DNA of 64,000 nucleotides from IMG/VR virus record IMGVR_UViG_3300042542_004852; one strand, 5' to 3'. This document shows positions 46,314-56,827 of the stretch, piece by piece. How positions within the stretch are numbered: position 1 is the first letter of the stretch; every line of letters begins with the position of its first letter. The position numbers and the translations under genes were made by a program. The notes beneath the pieces were generated by a model, which saw nothing but the letters and a program-made list of their open reading frames with translations, made no database searches and was not told where the DNA came from. Source of the stretch: a virus.

Positions 46314-46816
46314 ACTTTAAATTTTAAGTTATCAAAAATATCAGAGAACTTGATGATTGAAATCTCGTCTTTGCGATCCTTGCGTTGATATATCTTATAG
46401 AGAGCGTTTTTTGACGAATCTACACGGTTATTTTGGTCAACTAACTTGAGGCAAAGCTTCCATAGGGCAGAGCGATTAACCATGATAAAATCATTCTCTC
46501 TTTCAAAAGCAATGAATTCTGCGGCCCCAATTAACCATCCAGCATTGCCTGCGACATTTAAAAACTCAACCCAAATTAAATCATCGCTTGTCTCAGAATC
46601 ACTTCTTTTGATTTTTTTTCTAGCTTTGATGTCTATTGAGTAAATTGGATAGCCCTCTTTTGAGAGGAAGACATCAATGTGAGAGAGTTGCTGCTTACGA
46701 TCTGCTTTGACAGCTTTCCAACCTTGTTTTTCCGCGATTGAAATAAATAGAGTTTCTGCATCATGCCCTTTCTCAGAACACTCTCCTGTTCTGTCAAAGC
46801 GATTACGATATTTCAT
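46298..46816 (-). CDS. PD-(D/E)xK nuclease-like protein
   Basis: AE..F...HIDVFL...IDIKA...WVE. Confidence 0.6.
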   Translation of the reverse strand: MKYRNRFDRTGECSEKGHDAETLFISIAEKQGWKAVKADRKQQLSHIDVFLSKEGYPIYSIDIKARKKIKRSDSETSDDLIWVEFLNVAGNAGWLIGAAEFIAFERENDFIMVNRSALWKLCLKLVDQNNRVDSSKNALYKIYQRKDRKDEISIIKFSDIFDNLKFKVWPKC

Positions 46817-47279
46817 GAAATGTAAAATTATTAATTACGCTGAATTTAAATATGCGCTTTATTGCTAGCATAAATTTATCTTTCTTTTTTTCTCTTACAA
46901 CAGTTCCTATTATATAATTAATATTATATTCCTTTTTGATAAATTGAATTGAATCTCTAACAATTTTTTGAGCTAAAAAGATTTTATTTGGCAATGAAGC
47001 GCCAAAAGAAAGTTCGCGAATCTGTTCTTTTTTTTCTTCGATTAGGTTTTTAAAATTTTCTGGAATGTCGATATGCGAAAAATCAGAGCCAAACGCGACA
47101 AAGCCAGAAATTTCATTATTAACTACTGCATACATAATGATAGTATTTTTAGCTAGAAAGTCAAAATGTTTTTTCATTTCCTCAAACCTTCCAGAAAAAG
47201 TTATTTCTTTTGTTGGGAGAGGAACTGAACGCAATGAAAAGTCAACATATAGTTCATATAGCTGTTCGTAAATATGGCT
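46803..47279 (-). CDS. Hypothetical protein (GNAT-like?)
   Basis: ISGFVAF strand. Start uncertain, so the end coordinate is approximate. Confidence 0.35.
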   Translation of the reverse strand, partial: SHIYEQLYELYVDFSLRSVPLPTKEITFSGRFEEMKKHFDFLAKNTIIMYAVVNNEISGFVAFGSDFSHIDIPENFKNLIEEKKEQIRELSFGASLPNKIFLAQKIVRDSIQFIKKEYNINYIIGTVVREKKKDKFMLAIKRIFKFSVINNFTFHEIS

Positions 47280-47331
47280 TTCTCCTAAAAATTTGTGTAA
47301 TTTATAGTTTAAAGTATTATTATTTTTAACC

Positions 47332-48351
47332 ATGCCAATTAACAATAAAGTTTCGAAAGATTTAATTGATTTGGAACCAACAGCAATCTTGGAGTTTTAT
47401 AGACTCTATTATGATACGTTAAATGAACCAGATTCATACTTGCCTTTTCATCCTTGTTCAAACGGATTGACTGCAAACATTATTCTTAATGGAATAGGAT
47501 ATTTGCCAATTGCTGTTGAAGTTGAAGATTTTGAGACAAACATTTTTAATAGGTTATCTCGTCCAAAAATAAGAATCAGTAATAATAATTTAGTAGTAAG
47601 TAGTGTTTTGCGTAGAAAAAATGATTTTAGAAATGCAAAAATAGAGAGAATCAAAATTTTCATTAAATATATTGATGATATTAATTTTGAAGGAGCCGTT
47701 AATCCATTTGGCGTTGCCGATCCAACTGCTGAAATTTCACGCGATTTATATATTATCTCTCAAAAACTACAAGAGAATAAGTCTTTGGTAGAGTTTGAGT
47801 TAACAGCGCCATTTGATTTAGAAAATTTCTTCATCCCTGGAAGGTTAGTTTTGGGCAGATATTGTTATTGGCAATACAGAGGAATAGGATGTAATTATTT
47901 TGGGCCTCCCGTCTCTCAAGAAAATGACGCTCAATTTACTTACATACCAACTGGCGAGTTTGATTTTCAAAGCTCATTAAATGAATGGCAATACGGAAAA
48001 TACTATTTCCCTGGTGCAATTGTTTTTATTAATACTGATAAAGACCCGTTTAGAACATGGTATATTTGTACAAGTCCTCATTTAGCGTCAGAAAATAATG
48101 CGCCAAATTTAGATGACGCTCCTTGGCAAAAAGATGGATGTGCAAAAACAATAGGAGCTTGTCGTAAAAGATTTGCTAATTCTTCCATTAATTATAGTGG
48201 AATTAGAGGCTCTTTTTTAAACCAAACCAGTCAAGTTCAAAATATTGTCCCAAGCACCATTAATGGTGACCCAGCTTCTTACTACTTACCATTTGGAGGA
48301 TTTCCAGCAACAGATAAATACGATTATGGACAAACATTCTTTAAAAAGTAA
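47332..48351 (+). CDS. Minor tail protein L (lambda gpL-like)
   Basis: RPKIRISN, VEFEL, CYWQYRG.GC.Y, DGCAK...C.KRF, LPFGGFP. Confidence 0.88.
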   Translation: MPINNKVSKDLIDLEPTAILEFYRLYYDTLNEPDSYLPFHPCSNGLTANIILNGIGYLPIAVEVEDFETNIFNRLSRPKIRISNNNLVVSSVLRRKNDFRNAKIERIKIFIKYIDDINFEGAVNPFGVADPTAEISRDLYIISQKLQENKSLVEFELTAPFDLENFFIPGRLVLGRYCYWQYRGIGCNYFGPPVSQENDAQFTYIPTGEFDFQSSLNEWQYGKYYFPGAIVFINTDKDPFRTWYICTSPHLASENNAPNLDDAPWQKDGCAKTIGACRKRFANSSINYSGIRGSFLNQTSQVQNIVPSTINGDPASYYLPFGGFPATDKYDYGQTFFKK

Positions 48352-48730
48352 AGACTTAAATGAAATTTTAAATTTCTTAAAGCAAATTTGCCAAAGATAT
48401 TTTCATATTGAGTGCTGTGCAATTATTGGAAAAAATAAAAATTATTTTGTAGCTGAGTTTATGCAAAATAGATCGCCAGAACCAAATAGTTTTTTTTGTG
48501 TCGATCCAATAGATTTTTTGAGATTTCAAAATCAAAATGAATTGATATGTATTTTTCATTCGCATCAAGAAGGAGATGAAAGCTTTTCTGATTTGGATAT
48601 TGCTAATGCAGAAGCTCTTTGTGTGCCCTCAATGGTTTATTCTTTAAAAACTGATAAATTCGCTTTTTACGAGCCAAAAGAGTGCGAAGTAAATGTAAAG
48701 ATACTAAAGAAGGTTAAAAAATATTTATGA
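48326..48730 (+). CDS. Tail assembly protein K-like (JAB/MPN domain only)
   Basis: ECCAII...FHSHQ...FSDLD JAB motif, between L and I. Confidence 0.8.
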   Translation: MDKHSLKSKDLNEILNFLKQICQRYFHIECCAIIGKNKNYFVAEFMQNRSPEPNSFFCVDPIDFLRFQNQNELICIFHSHQEGDESFSDLDIANAEALCVPSMVYSLKTDKFAFYEPKECEVNVKILKKVKKYL

Positions 48731-49350
48731 CAGAAGTGCATTTACATGGAATCTTAGGCAAGAAATATGGAAAGTTCCATAAATTTGTAATTAAAGAACC
48801 GAAAGATTTATTGCGTGCATTTGAAGCTAATTATGAAAACTTTGGTAAAGATGTTAAAGATTTATTAAATAAAAAAATTGTTTATACTATTGTAGCTGAC
48901 AATTGTTGGCTAAAAAACCAAAATATTTTTTTCGAAAAGAAAATCAAGAAGATAGATTTTATGCCAGTAATTATTGGAAGTGGCTTGGGGACAGCTATAG
49001 CTATAGTTAGCTTGGTTGTTTCAATTGCTTTTGCAGTTTATTCATATATTCAAGCTTCCAAACAGCAATATCCATCCATACCTGGAGCAGAAGCAACTTC
49101 ATCAGCTTCTAATAAATCTTTAGCATTTAGTAATCGAGAAAACATCACTGAACAAGGAAACCCAGTTCCTCTTGCTTATGGAAGACTGAGGGTAGGATCG
49201 TATGTTATTCAAAATACTGTTAAAAGTTTCCCTCTTTCGCTCACTCTTACAGACGAATTTATTAATTCAACAAATAAAAAATCCAACAATCAAACCGCAG
49301 TTATTGATGCCACAGAATCTAATTTGGCATCTGTCACTACAACTAGCTAA
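48727..49350 (+). CDS. Tail assembly protein I-like
   Basis: VHLHGILGKKYG...PVIIGSG...QGNPVPLAYGRLRVGS. Confidence 0.85.
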   Translation: MTEVHLHGILGKKYGKFHKFVIKEPKDLLRAFEANYENFGKDVKDLLNKKIVYTIVADNCWLKNQNIFFEKKIKKIDFMPVIIGSGLGTAIAIVSLVVSIAFAVYSYIQASKQQYPSIPGAEATSSASNKSLAFSNRENITEQGNPVPLAYGRLRVGSYVIQNTVKSFPLSLTLTDEFINSTNKKSNNQTAVIDATESNLASVTTTS

Positions 49351-49356
49351 TATTGC

Positions 49357-52300
49357 ATGAATCATTATATTAAAAAATATTTTCACAAGATTGCTGGTGC
49401 TGGAGGTGGTGGTGGTGGTGGTGGTTCGCCTCCACCTCCTCCGCCGCCAACATTAAAGCCGCCGAAGCTTGGAGATTTACAAGCTATATCTTCATACGAA
49501 TATATTGAAAATATTGACTTGATTTCAGACGGAGAAATTGATGGTTTTGTTAGCGAAAGAGGGGATTATGTTGAAGATACAAGGCTCTTCGAAAGTGTTT
49601 ATGTCAACGATGTTGCAGTCAGGCAACCTGTTGATATTGATGCTTCTACTGTGGCAGAAATTGATTTGAACTTTATCAAAGATGCTTTTAAACAAAAATT
49701 TTATTTAAAAGGTTATTTTTCAAAAGAATATTTTATCGAAACCTCAATTTCATCGTTAAATGGGTGGCAAATTTCAAAATCTGTTGATGGAGGAAGTTTA
49801 ACTGCCACAGTTATAAAAGGCAAAACTGAAATCGCTAATTCAATATTTAATGATATTATCTCTGTCAAATCTGCTTATAATACTTCTTCTTTTGATACAA
49901 GTAGTGCATTTTTTAAACAGTTAAGATTATTGAATTCTAAATTTAATTATTCGAATTCTAAAGAAGTTGAAGCATATCTGCTTCCATTTAGCCCAGAATT
50001 AAGAGCTGATCAGTATCCGTTTATAGCTTTAAAGCTTTCGTTAAATATAATAAGATCAGACTATCCATATTACAGTATGGATGATTTTATTTATTTAGAT
50101 TCTGATTTGAGAAATCAAATATATAACCCTCTTGAAGGAACCGAATTACAAGGAAGAGCTTGGAAAAGCCCTCCTCAAAAAATTAATTTGGCTTATTTTT
50201 ATAATTCAAATGCAGGATTCGGAATTAATGGAGTCGGAATTAATGGAAGCGTTTATATTTTCTTGTACCAAAAAGATGATTATATTCTTCAGAATGGAGT
50301 TGAAGCGGTTATTGAACATTTAAATAAAATTAAACTTATCAAGCCATTTTCTAAATATAATTATGCTAATGCCACAATCGAATTGAGAAATGGAGAAGAG
50401 CTACAAAAACCATTAAGTTTATTTAATAAAACTTACCTCGATCAGAGATACAGTTCAAAACTAAGGGGAGCCTTTATCAGGGGTAGGCCAGTATTAACTC
50501 TATTTAACAGTGATACGAGTGTATTATACACGCAATATTCTCCAAACTCTGCTTATGCTTCTTCTGGAATTCTAACTAATGAAGTTGACGAATTAATTAA
50601 TAAAAGAGAGTATAATCAATACATCGTTTACCATAACGGCCTATATAATGGTGGATCAGGTTTCGATAATTTTGTATCCGAAATTTTAAATTCTACTGGT
50701 AGTGTCAGATTGAAGTCGATTACTAAATCTTCTAACCCATCTTCAGTTAACTATCAAGCTTGGTCAAATTCAACATCTGAAACTCAAAATATTTTAACCT
50801 ATATTTTTACTGACTCTAATGGCGGACCAAATGCTGAATATTTAATTATTTTTGACCGAGCAACATCTTGTTTTAAAAGAACAATTTCAATTACTAATAC
50901 AACAAACCGCCGAAATAATAAAGCAACTACCTCTCAATCAGCTACTACTACAATAGATATTTTATCTTCTGATACTGTTTTTATTAAAGACATTGATACA
51001 GATATTATCGTTGCTTCTGCGCCGCAGCCAACACAGCCAACGACAAATACAAAAACAATTTACATCTATAATCAACAATTTCAAGTAACAAATATTAATT
51101 TAGATAAGTATTTTTGGGGAGGAATTTTAAGAGCTTGTTTAGATTTGTCATATAAAATTGATGGTAGTGATGATGTAAGATTTTTGCCAAGTGTTGAAAG
51201 TTATACTGCTTGGAACGATCAATATGTTAAATATTCGGCTGAACCAGCTTCTTCAATTACTCATGCTGTTTTAAATCCAAATGTTTCTCAAGTTTATATT
51301 ACGCTTAATGTTACTGTGTTAAGAGACATGGCTCATAGGGATATTACTTTGATTAAGAATGATGGAGCAAATCAATCAGTAGAAGCTGGCACTTTATTGC
51401 CTTCTTTAATTAGAGTAAGAATCGAAACAGGGTTTCAAAATAAAGATGGTTCGGAAGAATTAATCTCTTCTAGAGAGTATCAGATCAAAGGTTTAATTGA
51501 TTCGGCTGTAAAAATAGATATTGGTAGAGAAGAAAATAATAACGCTATAAGAGAGTATAGTAGATTCATCTTGGGTACTGAAAATGTAGCAAAACCAATT
51601 GAATTGCCTCAAGCACAATCTGATCGCGTAAGATTTGTTAGAGTTTGGAGATCAACGGCTGAAACTTATTCCTCTCTAATCAAGAGAGAAATATACTTGG
51701 AAAAAATTACTGAAATTATCAATATTCCGTTTTCATATCCTTTTTCAACGATTTGTGGTTTAAAATTGGATTCAAGAAGCTTGAATGAAATTCCTCCAAG
51801 GAGTTATGATGCAAGATTTAAAAAGGTTTTCGTACCAAGCAACTATTTCCCATTAAATTCAAATGGCACAGATAAAAGATATATTTTAGGAAAAAATCTT
51901 GGCTATTTTAATTCTCTACCATCGACTGACAATAAAAAAATAATTTACAAAGGAAATTGGGATGGTACCTTTAAATTATCTTGGACAGACAATCCAGCTT
52001 GGATCACTTTTGATCTGTTAATTAACAGAAGATATGGTTTGGGTAATTTCATCGAACCAAATCAAATAAATTATTGGGAACTATATAAAATCGGAAGATT
52101 TTGCGATGCTGTTGACGAAAATGGACTTTTCCAAGGGGTTATCGCTAACGATGGTGGATTAGAGCCTAGATATGCATTTAATGGAGTGATAGCTGACAAA
52201 ACAAATGTCTTTGACATGGTAAAGTCTATTATCTCTTCTTTTAGAGGAAACCTTTTCTATTCTAATTCAGAAATTAACTTTACGAACGATAGGTTAAAGC

Positions 52301-53589
52301 CAGTCATGTCATTTTTTAACAACTCAAATGTTAAAGATGGTGTGTTTTCTTATTCCAATGACAGAAGAGATTTGCAATACAATGTTATTGAAGTATCGTT
52401 TTTGGATAGAGAAGACTTGTTCAAGAAAAAAATTGAATATGTAGAAGACCCTGACGATATTAAAAATAGGGGAATTTTAAGAACAACAGCCGACACTTTT
52501 GGAGTTTCTAGTCGCGCACATGCAAAAAGAATTGGAGAGCACATTATTTATTCTTCTATCAATGAAGATCAAAGCGTTGTATTTATATCTTCGCTTGAAA
52601 CTTTGCTATGTAGGCCAGGAGATTTAATTGCAATCAACGATGAAGTAAAAACTTTAAAGAATCATGTCGGAAGAGTTTTGTATACTGATTTAGTATCCAA
52701 TTCTATTTATACAAACATTTCATTGTCTTCGCAAGACTTTAATCCATCTGGGTTAACTGGAGAAATATCTGTTTTAATTCCTACTGGCAAGCCTCAATCT
52801 GAAGATTTTTATGATTTAGCTAAAAGCACATCAAAAATTAATATAAGAGAAATCTATAAAACAGATGCTCCGATGAGAGTCACTTTGCAAGCTACAGGAT
52901 TAATGCTTGCAAATACTTCTCCATCTCTTGAATATGGTTCAGCTTTTTTCATTAATACTGGTTGTAGCGGGTTCCCTTTGATGTCTCAAATTTCAAACGG
53001 TGTTCCGTGTTCTATAACTCTAGCTAATACAAAACAAGAAATTTATAAAATAAATTCGATTAAAGAATTAAATTTAAACGAATACGAAGTGACCGCAGTA
53101 AAATTTGATACAGGTAAATTTGCTGAAATCGAAAAAGGAGAAACTGGATTATTACAAGACTTTTATAATTCATTTCCAAGCTCAAGAAATACCCAAGTCT
53201 CCGAAGGAAACAGTGATTTGTTGCAAAATAAATACAGATATGACCTATCATATCCAAGCATTTTGGAATTCACTACGGGTAATTATGATAGAGAAAATGA
53301 CTTTATAGATATTTCTGGACGATGGACATCTGTTGATGGGGCTAATTTATATAATGTAGAATTAATTTCTCCAACTTATAAAAGTAAAAAAACGACAACT
53401 CAAAACAACTATATTGTATTCGAAGATGAAGCTGAAATCGGAAGATACACTATAAAAGTTACTGCTAAAACAACTGGTATTTATCCAAATCCAATTTCTC
53501 CAACAGCAGTTGGTGGTTTTAAAGTTTATTCTTATGATGCTCCCGTAAGAACAAATTTAATTGTTGACTCAGTAACGATAAACAATTAA
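49357..53589 (+). CDS. Tail tip/host-specificity protein J-like
   Basis: DLISDGEIDG, YKGNWDGTFK..WTDNPAW, RYGLG, LEPRYAFN, CRPGDLI. Confidence 0.9.
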   Translation: MNHYIKKYFHKIAGAGGGGGGGGSPPPPPPPTLKPPKLGDLQAISSYEYIENIDLISDGEIDGFVSERGDYVEDTRLFESVYVNDVAVRQPVDIDASTVAEIDLNFIKDAFKQKFYLKGYFSKEYFIETSISSLNGWQISKSVDGGSLTATVIKGKTEIANSIFNDIISVKSAYNTSSFDTSSAFFKQLRLLNSKFNYSNSKEVEAYLLPFSPELRADQYPFIALKLSLNIIRSDYPYYSMDDFIYLDSDLRNQIYNPLEGTELQGRAWKSPPQKINLAYFYNSNAGFGINGVGINGSVYIFLYQKDDYILQNGVEAVIEHLNKIKLIKPFSKYNYANATIELRNGEELQKPLSLFNKTYLDQRYSSKLRGAFIRGRPVLTLFNSDTSVLYTQYSPNSAYASSGILTNEVDELINKREYNQYIVYHNGLYNGGSGFDNFVSEILNSTGSVRLKSITKSSNPSSVNYQAWSNSTSETQNILTYIFTDSNGGPNAEYLIIFDRATSCFKRTISITNTTNRRNNKATTSQSATTTIDILSSDTVFIKDIDTDIIVASAPQPTQPTTNTKTIYIYNQQFQVTNINLDKYFWGGILRACLDLSYKIDGSDDVRFLPSVESYTAWNDQYVKYSAEPASSITHAVLNPNVSQVYITLNVTVLRDMAHRDITLIKNDGANQSVEAGTLLPSLIRVRIETGFQNKDGSEELISSREYQIKGLIDSAVKIDIGREENNNAIREYSRFILGTENVAKPIELPQAQSDRVRFVRVWRSTAETYSSLIKREIYLEKITEIINIPFSYPFSTICGLKLDSRSLNEIPPRSYDARFKKVFVPSNYFPLNSNGTDKRYILGKNLGYFNSLPSTDNKKIIYKGNWDGTFKLSWTDNPAWITFDLLINRRYGLGNFIEPNQINYWELYKIGRFCDAVDENGLFQGVIANDGGLEPRYAFNGVIADKTNVFDMVKSIISSFRGNLFYSNSEINFTNDRLKPVMSFFNNSNVKDGVFSYSNDRRDLQYNVIEVSFLDREDLFKKKIEYVEDPDDIKNRGILRTTADTFGVSSRAHAKRIGEHIIYSSINEDQSVVFISSLETLLCRPGDLIAINDEVKTLKNHVGRVLYTDLVSNSIYTNISLSSQDFNPSGLTGEISVLIPTGKPQSEDFYDLAKSTSKINIREIYKTDAPMRVTLQATGLMLANTSPSLEYGSAFFINTGCSGFPLMSQISNGVPCSITLANTKQEIYKINSIKELNLNEYEVTAVKFDTGKFAEIEKGETGLLQDFYNSFPSSRNTQVSEGNSDLLQNKYRYDLSYPSILEFTTGNYDRENDFIDISGRWTSVDGANLYNVELISPTYKSKKTTTQNNYIVFEDEAEIGRYTIKVTAKTTGIYPNPISPTAVGGFKVYSYDAPVRTNLIVDSVTINN

Positions 53590-53600
53590 TAATTAATTAT

Positions 53601-56492
53601 ATGCCAGAAGAAACGACGACAACGACAACAACGTGGTACCCAACGACTACTACTACTACGACAACAACTACGACAACTACTACTACCACAACTGCATGCC
53701 CATGCTACAGCGAAAGTTGGAAATACGATTGTGAAGGTGCTGGTTCTCTTGAATTATGGCAGAGTAATGGAGTTTTTTATATTGCTTCTGGTGATTGTTG
53801 TGCAGAAATTACTGAAGGTTTAGTTAATGCGAGTTATTACACAGACCATTCGCCAAGAATACGGGTAGAATTTACAAATGGAATTCCTGACCCTCAAGAA
53901 GAATGCACAACAACTTGCGCACCATGTCAAAGCGAAACTTGGAGATTAGGTTGTACTGGTGATGCTTCCATTAATTTATGGCAGAACAGCGTTGATGGGC
54001 GCTATTATACTAATGCTGTTGGTTGTACTGGAGGTTCAAATTGCCAAGGAGAACCTTTTGACCGTGTAGGCGCAAATGGAACTGTGACTTATTATACAAA
54101 CATTGCACCACCAAGGGAACGTGTAGAATTTGTAAATGGCTCTCCTGCATTTATAGGAGATTTTTGTACAACGACAACAACGACAACAACAACTTGCACA
54201 CCATGTCAAAGCGAAACTTGGAGAGTAGATTGTACTGGTCTTTCTTACGTTAATTTATGGCAGAATAATGGACGTTATTATACTAATCCTGTTGATTGTA
54301 CTGGAGGCGCATATTGCCAAGGAAATCCTTTTGGTGAAGTTGGTGCCAATGGGCCTGTATATTATTATACAGATGGCACGCCAAGACAACTTGTGCAATT
54401 TAGCTATGGAATACCTGATCCTCAAGAATATTGCCCACTCCCTGAGTGGACATGCGATGAAGTTGGTCTATGTAGAGTAAATTTAGGTTATGGGCGACCT
54501 AAAAGATTTACTGTGCCAGAAGGTTTTAGTAATGCAGGAGAAAGAGAAACATGCTATTGTTGCGATGATGGTTCATCGAACGATGATTATCCTGACTGTG
54601 AGCAGACAACAGGATTTACACCAGCCCCATTTTCAGCAGGAACTGGACAAGCATCGTTAATATCAAATTGTATTGATTTGCCGATTAATTTTACCTATGA
54701 AGATGTTTATGGTTTTAAACTACAATCAGAAAAAGACATTGAAAACTTAAATAATCAAGAGTTCTTTACAACTATTTCAGCCTATGATAGGGATTCTGTT
54801 TTAGTTAGAGAAGATTTCTTTAGTGGAAATTTAAATCTATCATATACTTTTACGAAGGAACAAAATAAGCAAATTTTTGTCGGACCAAAATATGATCCAA
54901 ATGGAGAAAGAGAGTACATGCTGCTTTTTTCTTTTTTTAATAAAAGCCCATTTGGATTTGCAAAAAACTCTGTTGAGACGCAGCTTTGGCATCCGCCATC
55001 TAGAATTGAATCTGTAACGGTTCAAGATTATTTTACTACGCAAATAACTGGCTTAATTGATTTTCCTATTACTGAATGGACGTATAGTGGATTTAATAGA
55101 ACTTATTTTAGCGGTCTGTATAGATTAAGTGATGTTTCTGGAGCAAGTGGTATTAGTGGCTATACTGGCATTAGTGGCGGCAATTTTAGCGGACAATTTT
55201 TTAATTTAACTGGAATTGAGTATTCTGGTTTTGAAGGATTGTTTAGCGGTTTGAATGGAACAACTGGGATTAATAAATTTGAAATTACTGGCAGAGATCA
55301 ATCATTCACAACTGGTTTTATTTCTGGATTATCAACAATAAATTCTTGGTCTTATAATTCTACTGGCGACGTTTCTGGCTTTAGTATTACTGGATTTATA
55401 GATAGCGGAAATTATTATTCAGTATTTACTGGAGGTGCAAATTTAGGATTAGTTAATACTGGAAATTATGTAATTAATTTTTCAAATTCACCTCCGTTAG
55501 TCAATTTCATTTCAATTCCAAGTGGACAACAAATTGGATTAGCCACTGGTGATATTACAATAAATATCATAGAAGAAACTGGAGCAACTGGTGTTTTAAC
55601 TAATAAATATATTGCATATATTGATGGATTAGAGCAACCCACAGGTTATCCAACCTTATTTGTTGCATCTACTGGCTCAAATGAGATTGTTTTTGGAACA
55701 ACTCCACCAGATAACTCTACTGTTTTAATTAAAGAATTGTCTGGAGTTAATTCAATTTTAAATAATCCTTTAAAAAATGAAGCTATTTTTACAATTAATT
55801 TTGATCAGAATTTTGGCTCTTATTATCAAACAAGAGGAGTAGATATTTATACTGGAAGCCTTTCTGGACAAAGGCCAGACTCATTAAGTGGATTCTCCTT
55901 TCTTAAAAGGACTACATTTTTAGAAAATAAAGCAACACAGGATGTAAAAGTATTCTTTTACGAAGTTCCATCAAATACTGGTATTATTTATAAGTTTGTG
56001 CCATTTGATTGTTTTGACACTGGCTTAACTTATTATAACAATGGGTTATTTGCCTATATTTTTACAGAACCACAAATTTTTACTTTCGAAAATGGCATAC
56101 CTCCAGCTTTGTCTTTTGAACAAAGAACTGGAAATGTATTTAGTGGTAGAAATCCAGAGTTAACTCCAATCAATGTGCCTGGAAGAGATGGAAATTTAAT
56201 TTTCCAAACTGGTAATTCTGGACAGAATCTGTATTTGTTGAAATCTGGTTTGTGGAAAACTATTCTTCCTTATGAAGAATTAAGTGGTATTTTTGATCTA
56301 CGATATGTAAAAAATAGTCAAACAGGACAATTTGTATCTACGGGTTCAACTGGTAGTTTTATAAAACTTGTTCAAACTCCTCAAGTTGCAACTGCAAGCG
56401 GAAAAATTGGAGAAATAGCTTTTTCTGGAACTTATTTATATGCTGCCACTGGAACAAATCAGTGGGGAAGGGTTCAATTATCTTCTTGGTGA
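53601..56492 (+). CDS. Thr-rich/Cys-rich tail fibre-like virion protein
   Basis: Poly-Thr tracts, repeated CQSETW..CTG modules, SG/TG-rich body, C-terminal YLYAATGTNQWGRV. Confidence 0.65.
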   Translation: MPEETTTTTTTWYPTTTTTTTTTTTTTTTTTACPCYSESWKYDCEGAGSLELWQSNGVFYIASGDCCAEITEGLVNASYYTDHSPRIRVEFTNGIPDPQEECTTTCAPCQSETWRLGCTGDASINLWQNSVDGRYYTNAVGCTGGSNCQGEPFDRVGANGTVTYYTNIAPPRERVEFVNGSPAFIGDFCTTTTTTTTTCTPCQSETWRVDCTGLSYVNLWQNNGRYYTNPVDCTGGAYCQGNPFGEVGANGPVYYYTDGTPRQLVQFSYGIPDPQEYCPLPEWTCDEVGLCRVNLGYGRPKRFTVPEGFSNAGERETCYCCDDGSSNDDYPDCEQTTGFTPAPFSAGTGQASLISNCIDLPINFTYEDVYGFKLQSEKDIENLNNQEFFTTISAYDRDSVLVREDFFSGNLNLSYTFTKEQNKQIFVGPKYDPNGEREYMLLFSFFNKSPFGFAKNSVETQLWHPPSRIESVTVQDYFTTQITGLIDFPITEWTYSGFNRTYFSGLYRLSDVSGASGISGYTGISGGNFSGQFFNLTGIEYSGFEGLFSGLNGTTGINKFEITGRDQSFTTGFISGLSTINSWSYNSTGDVSGFSITGFIDSGNYYSVFTGGANLGLVNTGNYVINFSNSPPLVNFISIPSGQQIGLATGDITINIIEETGATGVLTNKYIAYIDGLEQPTGYPTLFVASTGSNEIVFGTTPPDNSTVLIKELSGVNSILNNPLKNEAIFTINFDQNFGSYYQTRGVDIYTGSLSGQRPDSLSGFSFLKRTTFLENKATQDVKVFFYEVPSNTGIIYKFVPFDCFDTGLTYYNNGLFAYIFTEPQIFTFENGIPPALSFEQRTGNVFSGRNPELTPINVPGRDGNLIFQTGNSGQNLYLLKSGLWKTILPYEELSGIFDLRYVKNSQTGQFVSTGSTGSFIKLVQTPQVATASGKIGEIAFSGTYLYAATGTNQWGRVQLSSW

Positions 56493-56645
56493 TTGAACGG
56501 CTTAAAGATCAAATAATCTGGCTGATTCTCTTTCTCTTTGTATTTATTTTTAAATACAATGACGTTTTGAGTAATAATTTCCCCATTCGGTCCCTGTAGC
56601 GTTACCTTCCCAGAAAGGTATTTATTGCCCTTGCCCTGCTTGAGC
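56474..56645 (-). CDS. DUF736-like small protein
   Basis: LGSLW...KYLSG...FKN.....QPDY. Start uncertain (somewhere upstream, up to 56719). Confidence 0.5.
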
Positions 56646-56827
56646 CATAGGCTTCCCAGATTGTTTTTCGACCAATTCGTAGAATTGTTTGGTTGCTTCG
56701 ATGAAGTCTCTTCGTGCATGATGCGGAACTTTATTATACTGCTTCTTTAAGCGCTTGTAAACTCTTTTGTTGATCGAGTTGTCTTTTGGATTGGTGATTG
56801 CTCTTAGTTGTTTTGCGATTGTTTTTC

